Shown piece by piece: positions 19,778 to 30,359 of a stretch of 64,000 bases of DNA. A model generated the notes under the pieces. It was given only the letters and a program-made list of their open reading frames with translations. It was not told the DNA's origin and searched no databases. Numbering within the stretch: the stretch's first letter is position 1; every line of letters starts with the position of its first letter. The position numbers and the translations under genes are program-made. The DNA is from Nitrosopumilus sp. (GTDB lineage Archaea > Thermoproteota > Nitrososphaeria > Nitrososphaerales > Nitrosopumilaceae): the NCBI GenBank assembly GCA_965224195.1, contig OZ245040.1, positions 192,001 through 256,000 of the forward strand. The letters are read 5' to 3'.

Positions 19778-21083
19778 CTACTGAAATTAATTCAGATGCT
19801 TCTTCTTTAATTGATTTGCTTAGATTTTTATTTCCTACAGATATCTTGAAACCTCGTTTAAAATCACTTTGAAGACCTTTTGGTATGCCTACCTGAAAAT
19901 TTTTCTTTAAAAATTCTTTCATAAAGTTCACTGCATCAGTGTGATTTCTTTTTTCTAAGGAAATTATTTTTCTGTTATTTCCTACCCATACCAATTCTGC
20001 ATTTTTGAGATTTTTAGCAATGAATCTATGGGTACTATCTTCTCTAAAAAATTCAGGTCCACTTTTGGAATAAATTTCATTGATTTTGGTAGACTCTAAA
20101 AAGAACAAAAGATAGGCTTCTTTTTGTTGATCTATGTGAGATTTACTTCTCAGTACTGTAAATCCTCCTAATTCTAGTTGTGTGGACAATGTTGAAGTTG
20201 CTCTTTTAATTTGCCCCCAGATAATATCTGGACTCCTAGCTTTGAAATCAAATTTTACAATCAATAAATTATTCCAAAATTTATTTGAGATTCTTGATTT
20301 TTTAATCTTGAAAAATCCTAAACCTGGTTTTTCTTTAAACGCTCTTGAAATAAGAATAAATTTTCCAATATTTTCATCAGAAATAGCAGCAGTTAGATTT
20401 CGATTACTGTCTATGGGATCAATTACTACAATTGATGTATCAAATTTTTTACTTGTTTTTCCAATGATTTGATTTTCATTAATTTTTGAAATTGATTTTA
20501 TTAGATTTTCAAAACTCCCAAATTCTAAAATCAAAACTTCTGAAATATATCCACTGAATCCTTGTTTTGCTATTTCTGCACCATAAATTCCATTTGACTT
20601 TAGAAATATCTTCAAAACTCGTACCTCGTTTCTCATTTTTGGTGTTAATGATTTTTTCATAAATTTTGTATGAAACGGTGATCTATCTGCAGCACTTTTC
20701 CATTCTCCAATTTTTACATCATAACATGGCACAACATTGATCTTGGTATTCTTAATTTTAGCCTCAACGTATGGATGTTGAGAATATCTAACATAAGGAG
20801 AATATTTTTTTAATGAATCAAATCCAATTTTTTTAGAAATTTTCTCAAATTTTTCTTCAGATACATTTTTTTTAAATTTAATGAAAATATCCACATCCGC
20901 ATCTTTAGTTAGCCAAGTTCCTTTTGCAAATGATCCACCAAATTCTAATCCTACCACTTCTGAATATTTTTCAGTTTCTTTTTCAACTAAGATAAAAGCT
21001 ATATCTGCAATTTGCTTCTTTGATTTTTCTATTATTTTCGAAGGTATTACAGTTTTAGAAACTTTAGAAATTATTGGTCTCAT
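19752..21083 (-). CDS. cca: CCA-adding enzyme (class I tRNA nucleotidyltransferase)
   Basis: GGSFAKGTWL..DADVDIF, HPYV, SAADRSPFHT, GFSGY; start set at MRPII. Confidence 0.95.
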   Translation of the reverse strand: MRPIISKVSKTVIPSKIIEKSKKQIADIAFILVEKETEKYSEVVGLEFGGSFAKGTWLTKDADVDIFIKFKKNVSEEKFEKISKKIGFDSLKKYSPYVRYSQHPYVEAKIKNTKINVVPCYDVKIGEWKSAADRSPFHTKFMKKSLTPKMRNEVRVLKIFLKSNGIYGAEIAKQGFSGYISEVLILEFGSFENLIKSISKINENQIIGKTSKKFDTSIVVIDPIDSNRNLTAAISDENIGKFILISRAFKEKPGLGFFKIKKSRISNKFWNNLLIVKFDFKARSPDIIWGQIKRATSTLSTQLELGGFTVLRSKSHIDQQKEAYLLFFLESTKINEIYSKSGPEFFREDSTHRFIAKNLKNAELVWVGNNRKIISLEKRNHTDAVNFMKEFLKKNFQVGIPKGLQSDFKRGFKISVGNKNLSKSIKEEASELISVDGTLLHFN

Positions 21084-21626
21084 TTTTTTTGCATTAATCT
21101 CCACTAAATCTGAATAAATTGGTCCACTTGTAGTAAGCACACTTTTTTTCAATTTAATATTTGACACCTTTTACACTCCAAAACTTGTCATTTTATGGTT
21201 TTTCAATTCTCCTGATATATCTCCAATCTTCTTTTTAATTCTAAATACTGTGATATGAGGTTTGAATGGTTTATCTGAAAAAAATCCTAGTGGTTCTAAC
21301 ACTTTTTCTACTTTTTTGGATAATTGAATTAACATATTTCCGCCATTTTCATTTGTTCCAATCCAAACTACTCTTGGAAATTTAGGTTTAGGAAAGGCTC
21401 CAATTTCTTTTAGATTAACATCAAAACTTGAAAATTTGATTGTTTTAAGAGATTGAATAATTTTTTGAGTGATTTCTTCTGAAATTTCTCCTAAAAATTG
21501 TAAAGTAAAATGCAGATTTGATAATTCTACAGGTTTAGCATCAATATTGATTTCTTCTTGAAATTCCTTAACTGAATTTATTATATTATTATTTGTAATT
21601 TCAATAGCTACAAAAACACGCATCAT
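21084..21626 (-). pseudogene. thpR: 2H phosphoesterase (RNA 2',3'-cyclic phosphodiesterase) interrupted by in-frame TAA
   Basis: HFTL and HITV motifs, GAFP..PRVVW; the C-terminal strand LKKSVLT..GPIY lies after the TAA at 21171-21173. Confidence 0.8.
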
Positions 21627-21692
21627 AATATTTTTTGAAGTATGTTTATAATTATTTCCGGTAGCTTCATAGACGAGCCTTTTTTTTGATAT

Positions 21693-22244
21693 ATGTTGAC
21701 AAAACTAATTGTATGTTTAACAGGAATGCCAGGAGCAGGCAAGTCTACTATTGCAGAAGGATTACAATCCAAAGGATATGAAATTATCAATATGGGAAAT
21801 ACTGTAAGAGAAGAAGCTAAAAGAAGAAATTTAGAATCTACTAGAGAAAATTTAGGAAAATTAATGCTTGAGTTAAGAGAGAAAAATGGTCCTGGTGCTA
21901 TAGCTGAATTAGTTAAACCACAAATAGAAACTTCAACTTCAAATATAATTTTAATAGATGGAGTTAGATCCAATGATGAAATTCAAGTATTAAAAAAATA
22001 TGGTACAGTAAAATTATTAGCTGTTCATGCTTCTACTGATACTAGATTTGATTTCCTACAAAAAAGGGGAAGATTAGATGATCCTCAAACAAAACAACAT
22101 TTTGAAGAAAGAGATAATCGTGAATTAGGAGTTGGTGTAAGTAATTCTATTGCACTTTCTGATAATGCAATATCTAATGTAGGTAAAACAAAAGAAGAAT
22201 TAATTGAACAAACTTTTAAAATAATTCAAAAATGGTTAGAATGA
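21693..22244 (+). CDS. UPF0200 P-loop nucleotide kinase-like protein
   Basis: GMPGAGKST, IDGVRS, RDNRELGVG. Confidence 0.85.
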   Translation: MLTKLIVCLTGMPGAGKSTIAEGLQSKGYEIINMGNTVREEAKRRNLESTRENLGKLMLELREKNGPGAIAELVKPQIETSTSNIILIDGVRSNDEIQVLKKYGTVKLLAVHASTDTRFDFLQKRGRLDDPQTKQHFEERDNRELGVGVSNSIALSDNAISNVGKTKEELIEQTFKIIQKWLE

Positions 22245-22639
22245 AAATTCCAAACATTAATTGTAAAATTGAAATGGTTTGTCCAGTAAACTTATCCGAA
22301 GATCCTGATAAAGTTATACAAGCAATTTCTAATATTTTTCCACACTCAGATATTAAGAATGAAAATTTTTCAATTAAAGCACAATCAAATGAATTAAAAT
22401 CTTTGGAAAAAATTTATGAATCAATTGTATCCACACAATCTCAAAAAAGTTATACACGTAATTTAGAAAATAATTTAGAAGAAAATAGTACTTGGTTTTT
22501 TCTAAATAAACAAGCAGCTTTTGTAGATCAAGTTGCAATATGTGATGAAGCAGAAGAATCCCCTCTTGGGCCAATTAAGGTAATCATGAATTCATCAAAC
22601 ATTGATAGAATAATTGATTGGATTTCCTACAAAAATTGA
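22241..22639 (+). CDS. DUF54/UPF0201 RNA-binding protein
   Basis: SEDPDKV..AISNIFP, LNKQAAF, ESPLGPI. Confidence 0.85.
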   Translation: MKIPNINCKIEMVCPVNLSEDPDKVIQAISNIFPHSDIKNENFSIKAQSNELKSLEKIYESIVSTQSQKSYTRNLENNLEENSTWFFLNKQAAFVDQVAICDEAEESPLGPIKVIMNSSNIDRIIDWISYKN

Positions 22640-22723
22640 TGATAATTAGCTAAGAAAATTCACTCATTTTTGACTATTTTTTTCAGTTTGAATCTAAAAT
22701 CTATTTTTTTGAATTACTCTTTA

Positions 22724-23566
22724 ATGTTCATTAAATTAGGCATAATTGCAGGTATTGTAATCTTGGGAGGGATGATATTTTCAAATGAAATTGATAACTT
22801 GTTTCCTACAACTTCAGCTACTGTGCTTGATTCTCTAAAAAACGATGTAAGCATTTTCGGTTCAAAGGCTTCTGATTCAGTTGAACAAAGGATTGATTCA
22901 TCAATAGATAAGATTGTAGATAAAACAAGCGAATCAATATCTAATGAAATAAATGACGCTGGAGATAAAATATCAGATGAAATCTCTGAAGTAAAAGAGT
23001 CATCTCAAAAAACAATCGAAGAAGAAATCTCAAATTTTAATCCAATAGAATCAATCCAAAATATTTTCACTGGTAATTCAAATTCTGGTTTAACTAGTCA
23101 ATCATCAACTAGTCAATCATCAACTAGTCAATCATCAACTAGTCAATCATCAACTAGTCAATCATCAACTAGTCAATCATCAACTAGTCAATCATCAACT
23201 AGTCAATCATCAACTAGTCAATCATCAACTAACAATATTTTATCTCAAAATACTATTTCAATAATACCTGAAACTCTTTCTTTATCTACCAAACAACAAT
23301 CAGATGATAATATTTTACTTCAATATGTTGATACAAGTGGAAAAACAAAAAGTGTTAATGTAATTATTAGAACTACTGATAAAGAAATTTTTTCTGGTAC
23401 ATACTTTGCTTCAAAGTTTGATACAAATGTAAATGATGCAACAGGAATTCCATATTATATAGATATGATTGTAGAACATGAAGATTATGGAACAGTTACT
23501 TCATCAGTTTACAATCCAGGAGATTCTTCTGATACCAAAATTAACGGTATCTTTTCTCAACCATAG
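22724..23566 (+). CDS. Membrane-anchored protein with Ser/Thr-rich repeat linker
   Basis: N-terminal hydrophobic anchor, helical region, (TSQSS)9 linker, beta-rich C-terminal domain. Confidence 0.75.
   Translation: MFIKLGIIAGIVILGGMIFSNEIDNLFPTTSATVLDSLKNDVSIFGSKASDSVEQRIDSSIDKIVDKTSESISNEINDAGDKISDEISEVKESSQKTIEEEISNFNPIESIQNIFTGNSNSGLTSQSSTSQSSTSQSSTSQSSTSQSSTSQSSTSQSSTSQSSTSQSSTNNILSQNTISIIPETLSLSTKQQSDDNILLQYVDTSGKTKSVNVIIRTTDKEIFSGTYFASKFDTNVNDATGIPYYIDMIVEHEDYGTVTSSVYNPGDSSDTKINGIFSQP
23093..23231 (+). repeat. Perfect 15-bp tandem repeat ACTAGTCAATCATCA x9
   Basis: Directly visible; in frame. Confidence 0.98.
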
Positions 23567-23567
23567 T

Positions 23568-24287
23568 TTATTTTTTAAATAATGAAATTAATTTTGGTAA
23601 CGTTTCTACACTTGTATTTCTAATAATTTCATCCATTTCTCCTGACAACTCTGTATTTTCTGGATTAATTTCTATTAATGTTGCATTATTTTGTTTTGCA
23701 TATAGTGGAAGTGTATTTGCTGAAGATACTACAAGTGATGTTCCCACTATGACCATTAAATCACATTGACTTGCAAATTCAATAGCATTTTGCCATACAT
23801 CTTGTGGTAGTGATTCTTCAAACCATACTACATCTGGTCTTAGTATATTTCCACATTTACAAAGTGGTGGAAAATCAGAAATTTCAGTTAAAATTTCTTC
23901 ATTATAATCACAAACAGAGCATTTGATTTTTACAATACTTCCGTGCAATTCTAAAACATTCGAACTTCCAGCTTTCTTGTGTAATCCATCTATATTTTGT
24001 GTTAGAATCGTAACTTGAGCATGTTTTTCGAGTTCTGCAATTGCCTTATGGCCTGGATTTGGCTGTGCCTGAAAAATATTGCTTCTTCTCTCATTATACC
24101 ACTCCCACACCAGTTTAGGATTCTCATAAAATGCATCAATAGTAGCAAGTTTCATTGGATCATAATTTCGCCATAATCTATCATTTCCTCTGAATGTGGG
24201 AATTCCACTTTCTTGTGAAATTCCAGCTCCTGTTACAAAAACAATTTTTTTATAATTTTTAATTTGATTACTAATTGATTCAAACAT
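23568..24287 (-). CDS. cobB: Sir2-family NAD-dependent deacylase
   Basis: TGAGISQESGIPTFRG, TQNIDGLH, ELHGS, Zn CxxC/CxC, GTSL. Confidence 0.95.
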   Translation of the reverse strand: MFESISNQIKNYKKIVFVTGAGISQESGIPTFRGNDRLWRNYDPMKLATIDAFYENPKLVWEWYNERRSNIFQAQPNPGHKAIAELEKHAQVTILTQNIDGLHKKAGSSNVLELHGSIVKIKCSVCDYNEEILTEISDFPPLCKCGNILRPDVVWFEESLPQDVWQNAIEFASQCDLMVIVGTSLVVSSANTLPLYAKQNNATLIEINPENTELSGEMDEIIRNTSVETLPKLISLFKK

Positions 24288-24288
24288 T

Positions 24289-25188
24289 TTATTTAATTTC
24301 TATCTTTAAAAGATCTTTTGCAGTAATTACTAAATCATGAATTTCTTTAGCTTCTTTCAAATGTCCTTCTTCATCTTTGTATCTAGCTGAAAAATGTGTT
24401 AAAACTAAATTTTTTACTCTAGCATTTTTTCCTAATGTTGCTGCTTGTTTTGCAGTAGAATGACATGTATCTTGTGCTCTATCTTTTTCTTCTTCTAAAA
24501 ATGTTGAATCAAATACTAGATAATCACAATTCTCAAAAAATTTTTCTAATTCTATAGTTGGCATTGTATCTCCAGAAATTCCAATTTTTTTACCTGGACG
24601 TTTTTCTCCTAATACTTGATTTGGCTTTATTATCTTATTATTAATTGTGATATTCTGACCTTTTTGTAAATCACTCCACAGTTTTCCTTCAGGAATTCCT
24701 AATTGATTGGCTTTATCTAGATTAAATCGTCCAGGTTTATCTTTTTCTTCAAACAAATATGAGAAAGCAACTACTGAATGATTTGCTTTACATACGTAAA
24801 TAGAAAATTTTTCATTCTCAAACACTTTTCCTTCTTTGATTGTAGTAATTAAAACAGGGAATGATAATCTAAAATTTAACACTTTGATATTTGCTGCAAT
24901 GAATTCTTCAATCCCATTTGGTCCAAAAATTTCTAATGTTTCAGTTCTATTTTGCATTGACATAGTTTGTAACAATCCTAAAATTCCTACACAATGATCT
25001 CCATGCATATGTGTAACAAACAATTTCATTTTTTTATTCCAACCCAAACCTGATTTCATAAATGATATTTGAGTAGCTTCTCCGGCATCAAACATTAAAA
25101 TCTCACCATCTCTTTCTAAACAAATGCATGATAATCCTCTATTTTCAGTGGGTTGGGCAGCAGAAGTACCTAGGAATACAAGTTTCAT
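24289..25188 (-). CDS. rnz: Ribonuclease Z
   Basis: LGTSAAQP, THMHGDH, exosite GIPEG, SGDT, HST, THFSARY. Confidence 0.95.
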   Translation of the reverse strand: MKLVFLGTSAAQPTENRGLSCICLERDGEILMFDAGEATQISFMKSGLGWNKKMKLFVTHMHGDHCVGILGLLQTMSMQNRTETLEIFGPNGIEEFIAANIKVLNFRLSFPVLITTIKEGKVFENEKFSIYVCKANHSVVAFSYLFEEKDKPGRFNLDKANQLGIPEGKLWSDLQKGQNITINNKIIKPNQVLGEKRPGKKIGISGDTMPTIELEKFFENCDYLVFDSTFLEEEKDRAQDTCHSTAKQAATLGKNARVKNLVLTHFSARYKDEEGHLKEAKEIHDLVITAKDLLKIEIK

Positions 25189-26130
25189 TTTATCAGAATT
25201 GTTCTTGTCAAGCTTTTATGCTTATAGATATGATATTTTTTTAATCCACTTAATTTTGAGTTAAAATCCATTTCTTTTTTGTACATAATCGCAACTCTTT
25301 TTCGTTTAGGAAGCATTGAGAAAAATTTCTTCAATATTTCTTGAGGTTTTTCTGATGTTTTTGAGGCTGTTTCATATGGTAAATCAGTTACAATTCCATC
25401 AAATTTATCAGATATTTTTGATAATTCATGAAATTCTGAGTTCAAAATTTTTGAATGATAATTGTTCACTTTGAGATTTTTTTAGCAATTTCACACATTT
25501 TTCATCAAAATCCAATCCAATTCCATGAATTCCTATAGATTCTGCCTCAAGCAGCGTAGTACCTGTTCCACAAAATGGATCACAAATGGTCTCCCCTTTT
25601 TTCATTCCAATTAGATTAATCATTACTCTGGTTAGTTTCCAATCTAATCCATGAGGGTATTTCTTGATCTTTTTTGGCCTTATCTGTTCTTTGGATCGTT
25701 TTGAAAACCCAAAAAAGTTTTCATTATTTGTAAAAATCAGATATACTGTAATATCTGGATTTTCTAAATCCACTTTTGCATGAGAAAATTTTGATATCAT
25801 GTCTCCCATAGAACTCTCTAATTCTGGAATGTTGAATTGATTCGATGATAAATTAATCACTCTGCAAACAAAACTTTTTGCATTTTTTAAAACTCCAATA
25901 TTCTCTTCATCTAAAAATAATCCTGACATTTTTCGTAAAATTTGCCCTGAAGTTTTTACAAATGTAGCACGTTTTGCTATTTCATTTACATTTGTTTTAG
26001 ATTGAACAATTACTAAATTAGAAATTATTTTTATTTTAGAAAATCTATCATATATTTTTGCTATTACTGTAATTTCATCTGTTGCAAGTTCTAGATAATC
26101 TTTAGATAAAACAAAAAAACTTTCTGGCAT
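25185..26130 (-). pseudogene. THUMP-domain Trm11/TrmG10-like tRNA methyltransferase, frameshifted
   Basis: DPFCGTGT in ORF 25426-26130, DLPY and HKSLTR in ORF 25185-25469; break at A-runs near 25477-25502. Confidence 0.75.
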
Positions 26131-26132
26131 AA

Positions 26133-27011
26133 TTAAATTGCCTTTGCAATAATATTAGAAATATCTACAATGGATGTTTTACCTGGAATTGTATTTGCAC
26201 CAATAATTTTTGTGACACCAGCTTTTTTGATTTCTCTCTCAGCATCATTCATTAAAAGTGCATGAGTACATGCAACATACACTTTTTTACATTTTTGTTT
26301 TTTAAGAAATTGTGTAGCTTTCACAATACTTTCTCCGGTACTAATCATATCATCAACTAATATCAAATCTCTATTTGCAACTTCGTCTAGATTTTTTGTT
26401 TTAATCTGAATCTTACCTGTTTTTCTATCTCTTTTTTTCTCTAAAGCAATGTATTCTGAGCCTAATTCTTTTGCAAATTCTTTTGCTCTTTCTTTTCCTC
26501 CTTGGTCTGGTGATATAACAAGTGGATTTTTCAGGCTCAATTTCTTGAAATATTGTACAAGTTCGGGAATTGCAGAAACATTCTTTGTTTTAATGGAAAA
26601 ATGTTTGAATCCAATTAAACTGTGAATATCAACTGCTATAACTTTTGATGCGCCAGCTCCTTTGAACAGCTTACCAAGAACTTTCATCGTCACAATTTCT
26701 CCTGGTAAAAATTCTCTATCTTGTCTTGCATATCCCATATATGGAATTACAGCAATTACTTCTGATGATGTTTCTTTAGCTTTTGAAATAAGTGATAATG
26801 CTTGAATTAGATTTGTATCAACTGGAGGGTAAATTGATTGTACAACAATAGATTTTTTTTTAGATATTTTTCCACTTAGTGTTATCTTACTTTCGCCGTC
26901 AGCAAAAACTTTAACTTGTGATTTTACAAAATTTGCCTTTATTTTTTTAGATAATTTTTTGGCTAAATCCTCAGAAGATTTTCCTGCAATTACTGATAAT
27001 TTACTCAACAA
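26133..27011 (-). CDS. prs: Ribose-phosphate pyrophosphokinase
   Basis: FADGE, PYMGYARQD, SPDQGG, VDDMISTG. Confidence 0.95.
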   Translation of the reverse strand: MLSKLSVIAGKSSEDLAKKLSKKIKANFVKSQVKVFADGESKITLSGKISKKKSIVVQSIYPPVDTNLIQALSLISKAKETSSEVIAVIPYMGYARQDREFLPGEIVTMKVLGKLFKGAGASKVIAVDIHSLIGFKHFSIKTKNVSAIPELVQYFKKLSLKNPLVISPDQGGKERAKEFAKELGSEYIALEKKRDRKTGKIQIKTKNLDEVANRDLILVDDMISTGESIVKATQFLKKQKCKKVYVACTHALLMNDAEREIKKAGVTKIIGANTIPGKTSIVDISNIIAKAI

Positions 27012-27050
27012 GAAAACATGATTTAATGCGATTCTTAAGTTTTAAGAAGA

Positions 27051-28793
27051 TTATTCTTCTTCGCCACTACCGCGACCAATATCCCCAATACCATATTTGT
27101 CAATAGCCTCATTTCTCTTATCTTCTAGCTTATCGATCTTTTCTTGTTCGCGTTTTTCATCTCCTTGGTATACTGTTCTAATTGGCCATGGAATTCTAAT
27201 ATCATATTTCTTAAATTCTTCGTACATGATCATCCTCATATCTGTTTTAGTTTTGAATTGTGCACCATAATTTCTGACATATACTAATAATATAAAATCT
27301 AATGCAGAATCATTAAAATTATTAAACCTTACAATTGGTTGATTAATATCAACATGAATATCTTTATCACAACCACAACTTGGTTGGTTATTTTTTAGGT
27401 ATGGACATCGAATTTGTCTAATTAGATGTCCACCCTTACCATCAACGACTTCATTCATTGCACGTTTCCCAATTTTTATAAGAATAGCTGAAACTTGTTT
27501 AGGATCATTAAGATATGAAACACCTACCTCAACAATAGCAGGTACCATCTTTATTCCCTGTGTGTAGTTGATTACCTGTGCACTGACTAATTGTCTTGTT
27601 GGAATTATTGCAATTGATTCGTTTAATGCATCTCGAATATAGGTAACTCTAGGCGTAATTTTGTGTACATATCCATTATAACCTGTATCAAGTTTTACAC
27701 GTTCACCTTCGACAAATATCTTATCTTTTCGAATCATAATATATGCAAAATAATTCTGCATAGTCTCTTGTAATGCCAATCCTATCCCAATTGCCATTCC
27801 TCCTGTAGCTGTAGCAAGTACAATCAAGTCTACTCCCCACCATGCAACAACTCCTAAAATTGTCGCAATAAAAATTCCTATTGGAAGAATTTGTTTTGCA
27901 GACTTAGGAATTCCCTCTTTTTTCTTTTTTGCATATCCTGCAGGACGAGAACTTGGAATTAGTGGTTCAAAGCTATTTGATCTTTTTTCCTCTCTCCATA
28001 CATCAATTGGAAATATTTCATCAGGTTTTGCACCTGGTTTTAACTTTCTACCCGATTGATTATTACCGGTAACACAGTTTTGATAATATTTGTCATATTT
28101 TGTACGTTCTGACTGTTTCCACTCTTCAAATGGTTTATCAACTAATTTTTCATATCCACCAATTGGATTTCCTTTTGTTGTACGAAATTGCTCCAATTGT
28201 AACATTCCTTCTTTTCTTTTGAGCATCTCTTTGAATTTTTCTTCATCTATCTCTTCTGGAGTGACTTTTGGTGGAACCCACTTGTACAATTTAGGGAATA
28301 GGTTATCTTTATCATCAACAAATCCTCTCATTTCAAACCAAGCATCAAAATCCTCTTTTTCTTGTTCACGTTTCTCACGTTTGGTAAGAGAAATTGGAAT
28401 AAGATGAGAAATCGTGTAACCAATTACCAAAATGTTGAAAGTATTGAGAATCTTTGCAAATACTTCTTGAGGAGATATCTCTTCATCTCCAACTATCGTC
28501 AAGTCTTCTCCTACCAAAATTCCATTTTGTATGTAAATATTGATTATCGTAATAAACACAATTGCAAAAACTGGAAGAACTGCTCTTCGTAGAAATCTTG
28601 AGGCATGTGGTCTTTGATAATAGAATTTCTTTGAACCTACCCAAGATGAAAATTTCTTATAACCAACAGTTATTCCAATCATCCCTACAATCATTATCAA
28701 AAATGTAATTTGAAGTGATTCAGATGATGCTAAAAGCTGTGAAACGGTTTCAAATTCCCCTGCAGAAATTTGTGATATCTCTTCCTCAGCCAT
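27051..28793 (-). CDS. MscS-family mechanosensitive channel with extra domains
   Basis: GIGLALQET..NYFA TM3, GERV beta domain, VGVSY, F.DSALDF, IRIPWP. Confidence 0.88.
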   Translation of the reverse strand: MAEEEISQISAGEFETVSQLLASSESLQITFLIMIVGMIGITVGYKKFSSWVGSKKFYYQRPHASRFLRRAVLPVFAIVFITIINIYIQNGILVGEDLTIVGDEEISPQEVFAKILNTFNILVIGYTISHLIPISLTKREKREQEKEDFDAWFEMRGFVDDKDNLFPKLYKWVPPKVTPEEIDEEKFKEMLKRKEGMLQLEQFRTTKGNPIGGYEKLVDKPFEEWKQSERTKYDKYYQNCVTGNNQSGRKLKPGAKPDEIFPIDVWREEKRSNSFEPLIPSSRPAGYAKKKKEGIPKSAKQILPIGIFIATILGVVAWWGVDLIVLATATGGMAIGIGLALQETMQNYFAYIMIRKDKIFVEGERVKLDTGYNGYVHKITPRVTYIRDALNESIAIIPTRQLVSAQVINYTQGIKMVPAIVEVGVSYLNDPKQVSAILIKIGKRAMNEVVDGKGGHLIRQIRCPYLKNNQPSCGCDKDIHVDINQPIVRFNNFNDSALDFILLVYVRNYGAQFKTKTDMRMIMYEEFKKYDIRIPWPIRTVYQGDEKREQEKIDKLEDKRNEAIDKYGIGDIGRGSGEEE

Positions 28794-28923
28794 ATTTAAC
28801 CACCATTCTAATCAAATTCATGTCCTAGAATACAAACGTTAAGACATATTATTATTAAATTCGAAAAATATTATGCGTAACTAGTATGCAACCTTTAACA
28901 AGGGTTTTCACATTATTTACAAA

Positions 28924-30270
28924 ATGACCTATCAAGAATCAGTATGGGATGATTCACCATCACTCAAGTCTTATACATTAGCAAATTTTCGTACTCTTCC
29001 ACAAATTCAAAACCTTGGTGAAGAAATACAATTTGAAATGGAAGTTGTAGGAAATGTCTTACCATTTAAAGCAAATAATTACGTTGTTGAACAATTAATT
29101 GATTGGAATAATATTCCAAATGATCCAATGTATGTTTTGACTTTTCCTCAAAAAGGAATGCTAAAACCGGAACATTACAAAAAAATGGAAACAACATTAA
29201 AAAATAATTCTGATAAAAAAGAAATAGCAAACATAGCAAATGAAATTCGTTTACAATTAAATCCACATCCAGCAGGACAAATAGAGCTTAATGTTCCAAC
29301 ATTAAAAGATGGAACTAAACTTTACGGAATGCAGCATAAATACAAAGAAACTTGTCTTTTCTTTCCTAGTCAAAGTCAAACTTGTCATGCTTATTGCAGT
29401 TTTTGTTTTAGATGGCCACAATTTGTTGGAATGGATGAAATGAAATTTGCTATGCAAGAAGGTGATCAACTAGTACAATACGTTACAGAACATCCTGAAA
29501 TCAGTGATGTACTTTTCACCGGCGGTGATCCAATGATTATGAAAGCAAAAGTATTTTCAAAATATATTGATACTATTATTGAATCAAAACCTCAAAATTT
29601 AAAAACGATTAGAATTGGAACAAAAGCTCTTTCTTATTGGCCTTACAAATTTTTGACTGATTCAGATTCTGAAGAAATGTTGGATGTATTTAGAAGAATA
29701 ACTGATAGTGGATTACATCTTGCATTTATGGGCCACTTTAATCATCTTAATGAATTATCTACAGAAGCGGTAAAATCTGCCATCAAAACAGTGAGAAAAA
29801 CTGGTGCAGAAATTCGAACCCAATCTCCTCTTTTAGCACACATTAATGATGATGCTGACATGTGGGCAAAAATGTGGACTAAACAAGTTCAACTTGGTTG
29901 TATACCATACTACATGTTTGTTGTAAGAGATACAGGTGCTCAACACTATTTTGGAGTTCCATTGGTTAAAGCATATGAGATTTTTAGTAAAGCATATTCT
30001 TCTGTTAGTGGATTAGCTAGAACTGTTCGTGGTCCTAGCATGTCTGCAACTCCAGGAAAAGTGCAAGTAGTAGGAACATCAAAACTAAATAATCAAAAAA
30101 TACTCGTTTTACGATTTTTACAAGGAAGAAACCCTAACTGGGTCGACCAACCATTCTTTGCAAAATATGATGAAAATGCTATCTGGTTAGATGATCTAAA
30201 ACCTGCATTTGAAGAAAAATTCTTCTTTGAAGACGAACTTGATGTTATCAAAGCATCAAAGATGAGTTAA
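28924..30270 (+). CDS. KamA-family radical SAM/PLP 2,3-aminomutase
   Basis: HKY, CHAYCSFCFR, DVLFTGGDP, RIGTK, HFNH, QSPLL..IND, PYYMF, PGK. Confidence 0.9.
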   Translation: MTYQESVWDDSPSLKSYTLANFRTLPQIQNLGEEIQFEMEVVGNVLPFKANNYVVEQLIDWNNIPNDPMYVLTFPQKGMLKPEHYKKMETTLKNNSDKKEIANIANEIRLQLNPHPAGQIELNVPTLKDGTKLYGMQHKYKETCLFFPSQSQTCHAYCSFCFRWPQFVGMDEMKFAMQEGDQLVQYVTEHPEISDVLFTGGDPMIMKAKVFSKYIDTIIESKPQNLKTIRIGTKALSYWPYKFLTDSDSEEMLDVFRRITDSGLHLAFMGHFNHLNELSTEAVKSAIKTVRKTGAEIRTQSPLLAHINDDADMWAKMWTKQVQLGCIPYYMFVVRDTGAQHYFGVPLVKAYEIFSKAYSSVSGLARTVRGPSMSATPGKVQVVGTSKLNNQKILVLRFLQGRNPNWVDQPFFAKYDENAIWLDDLKPAFEEKFFFEDELDVIKASKMS

Positions 30271-30359
30271 TTTCAACAAATTTTATAATTTACCTGACTA
30301 ATTTGACAATTCTAACTTACAAGATAACATTAGTAAACTAATTTAGAATCAATATCAAA

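Noticed and set aside
21084-21167. N-terminal extension of the CCA enzyme in the ORF track
   Set aside because: The sequence is the C-terminus of ThpR; CCA most likely starts at 21083
23093-23231. Possible CRISPR array
   Set aside because: Head-to-tail 15-bp repeats with no spacers, in frame within a CDS, and no cas genes
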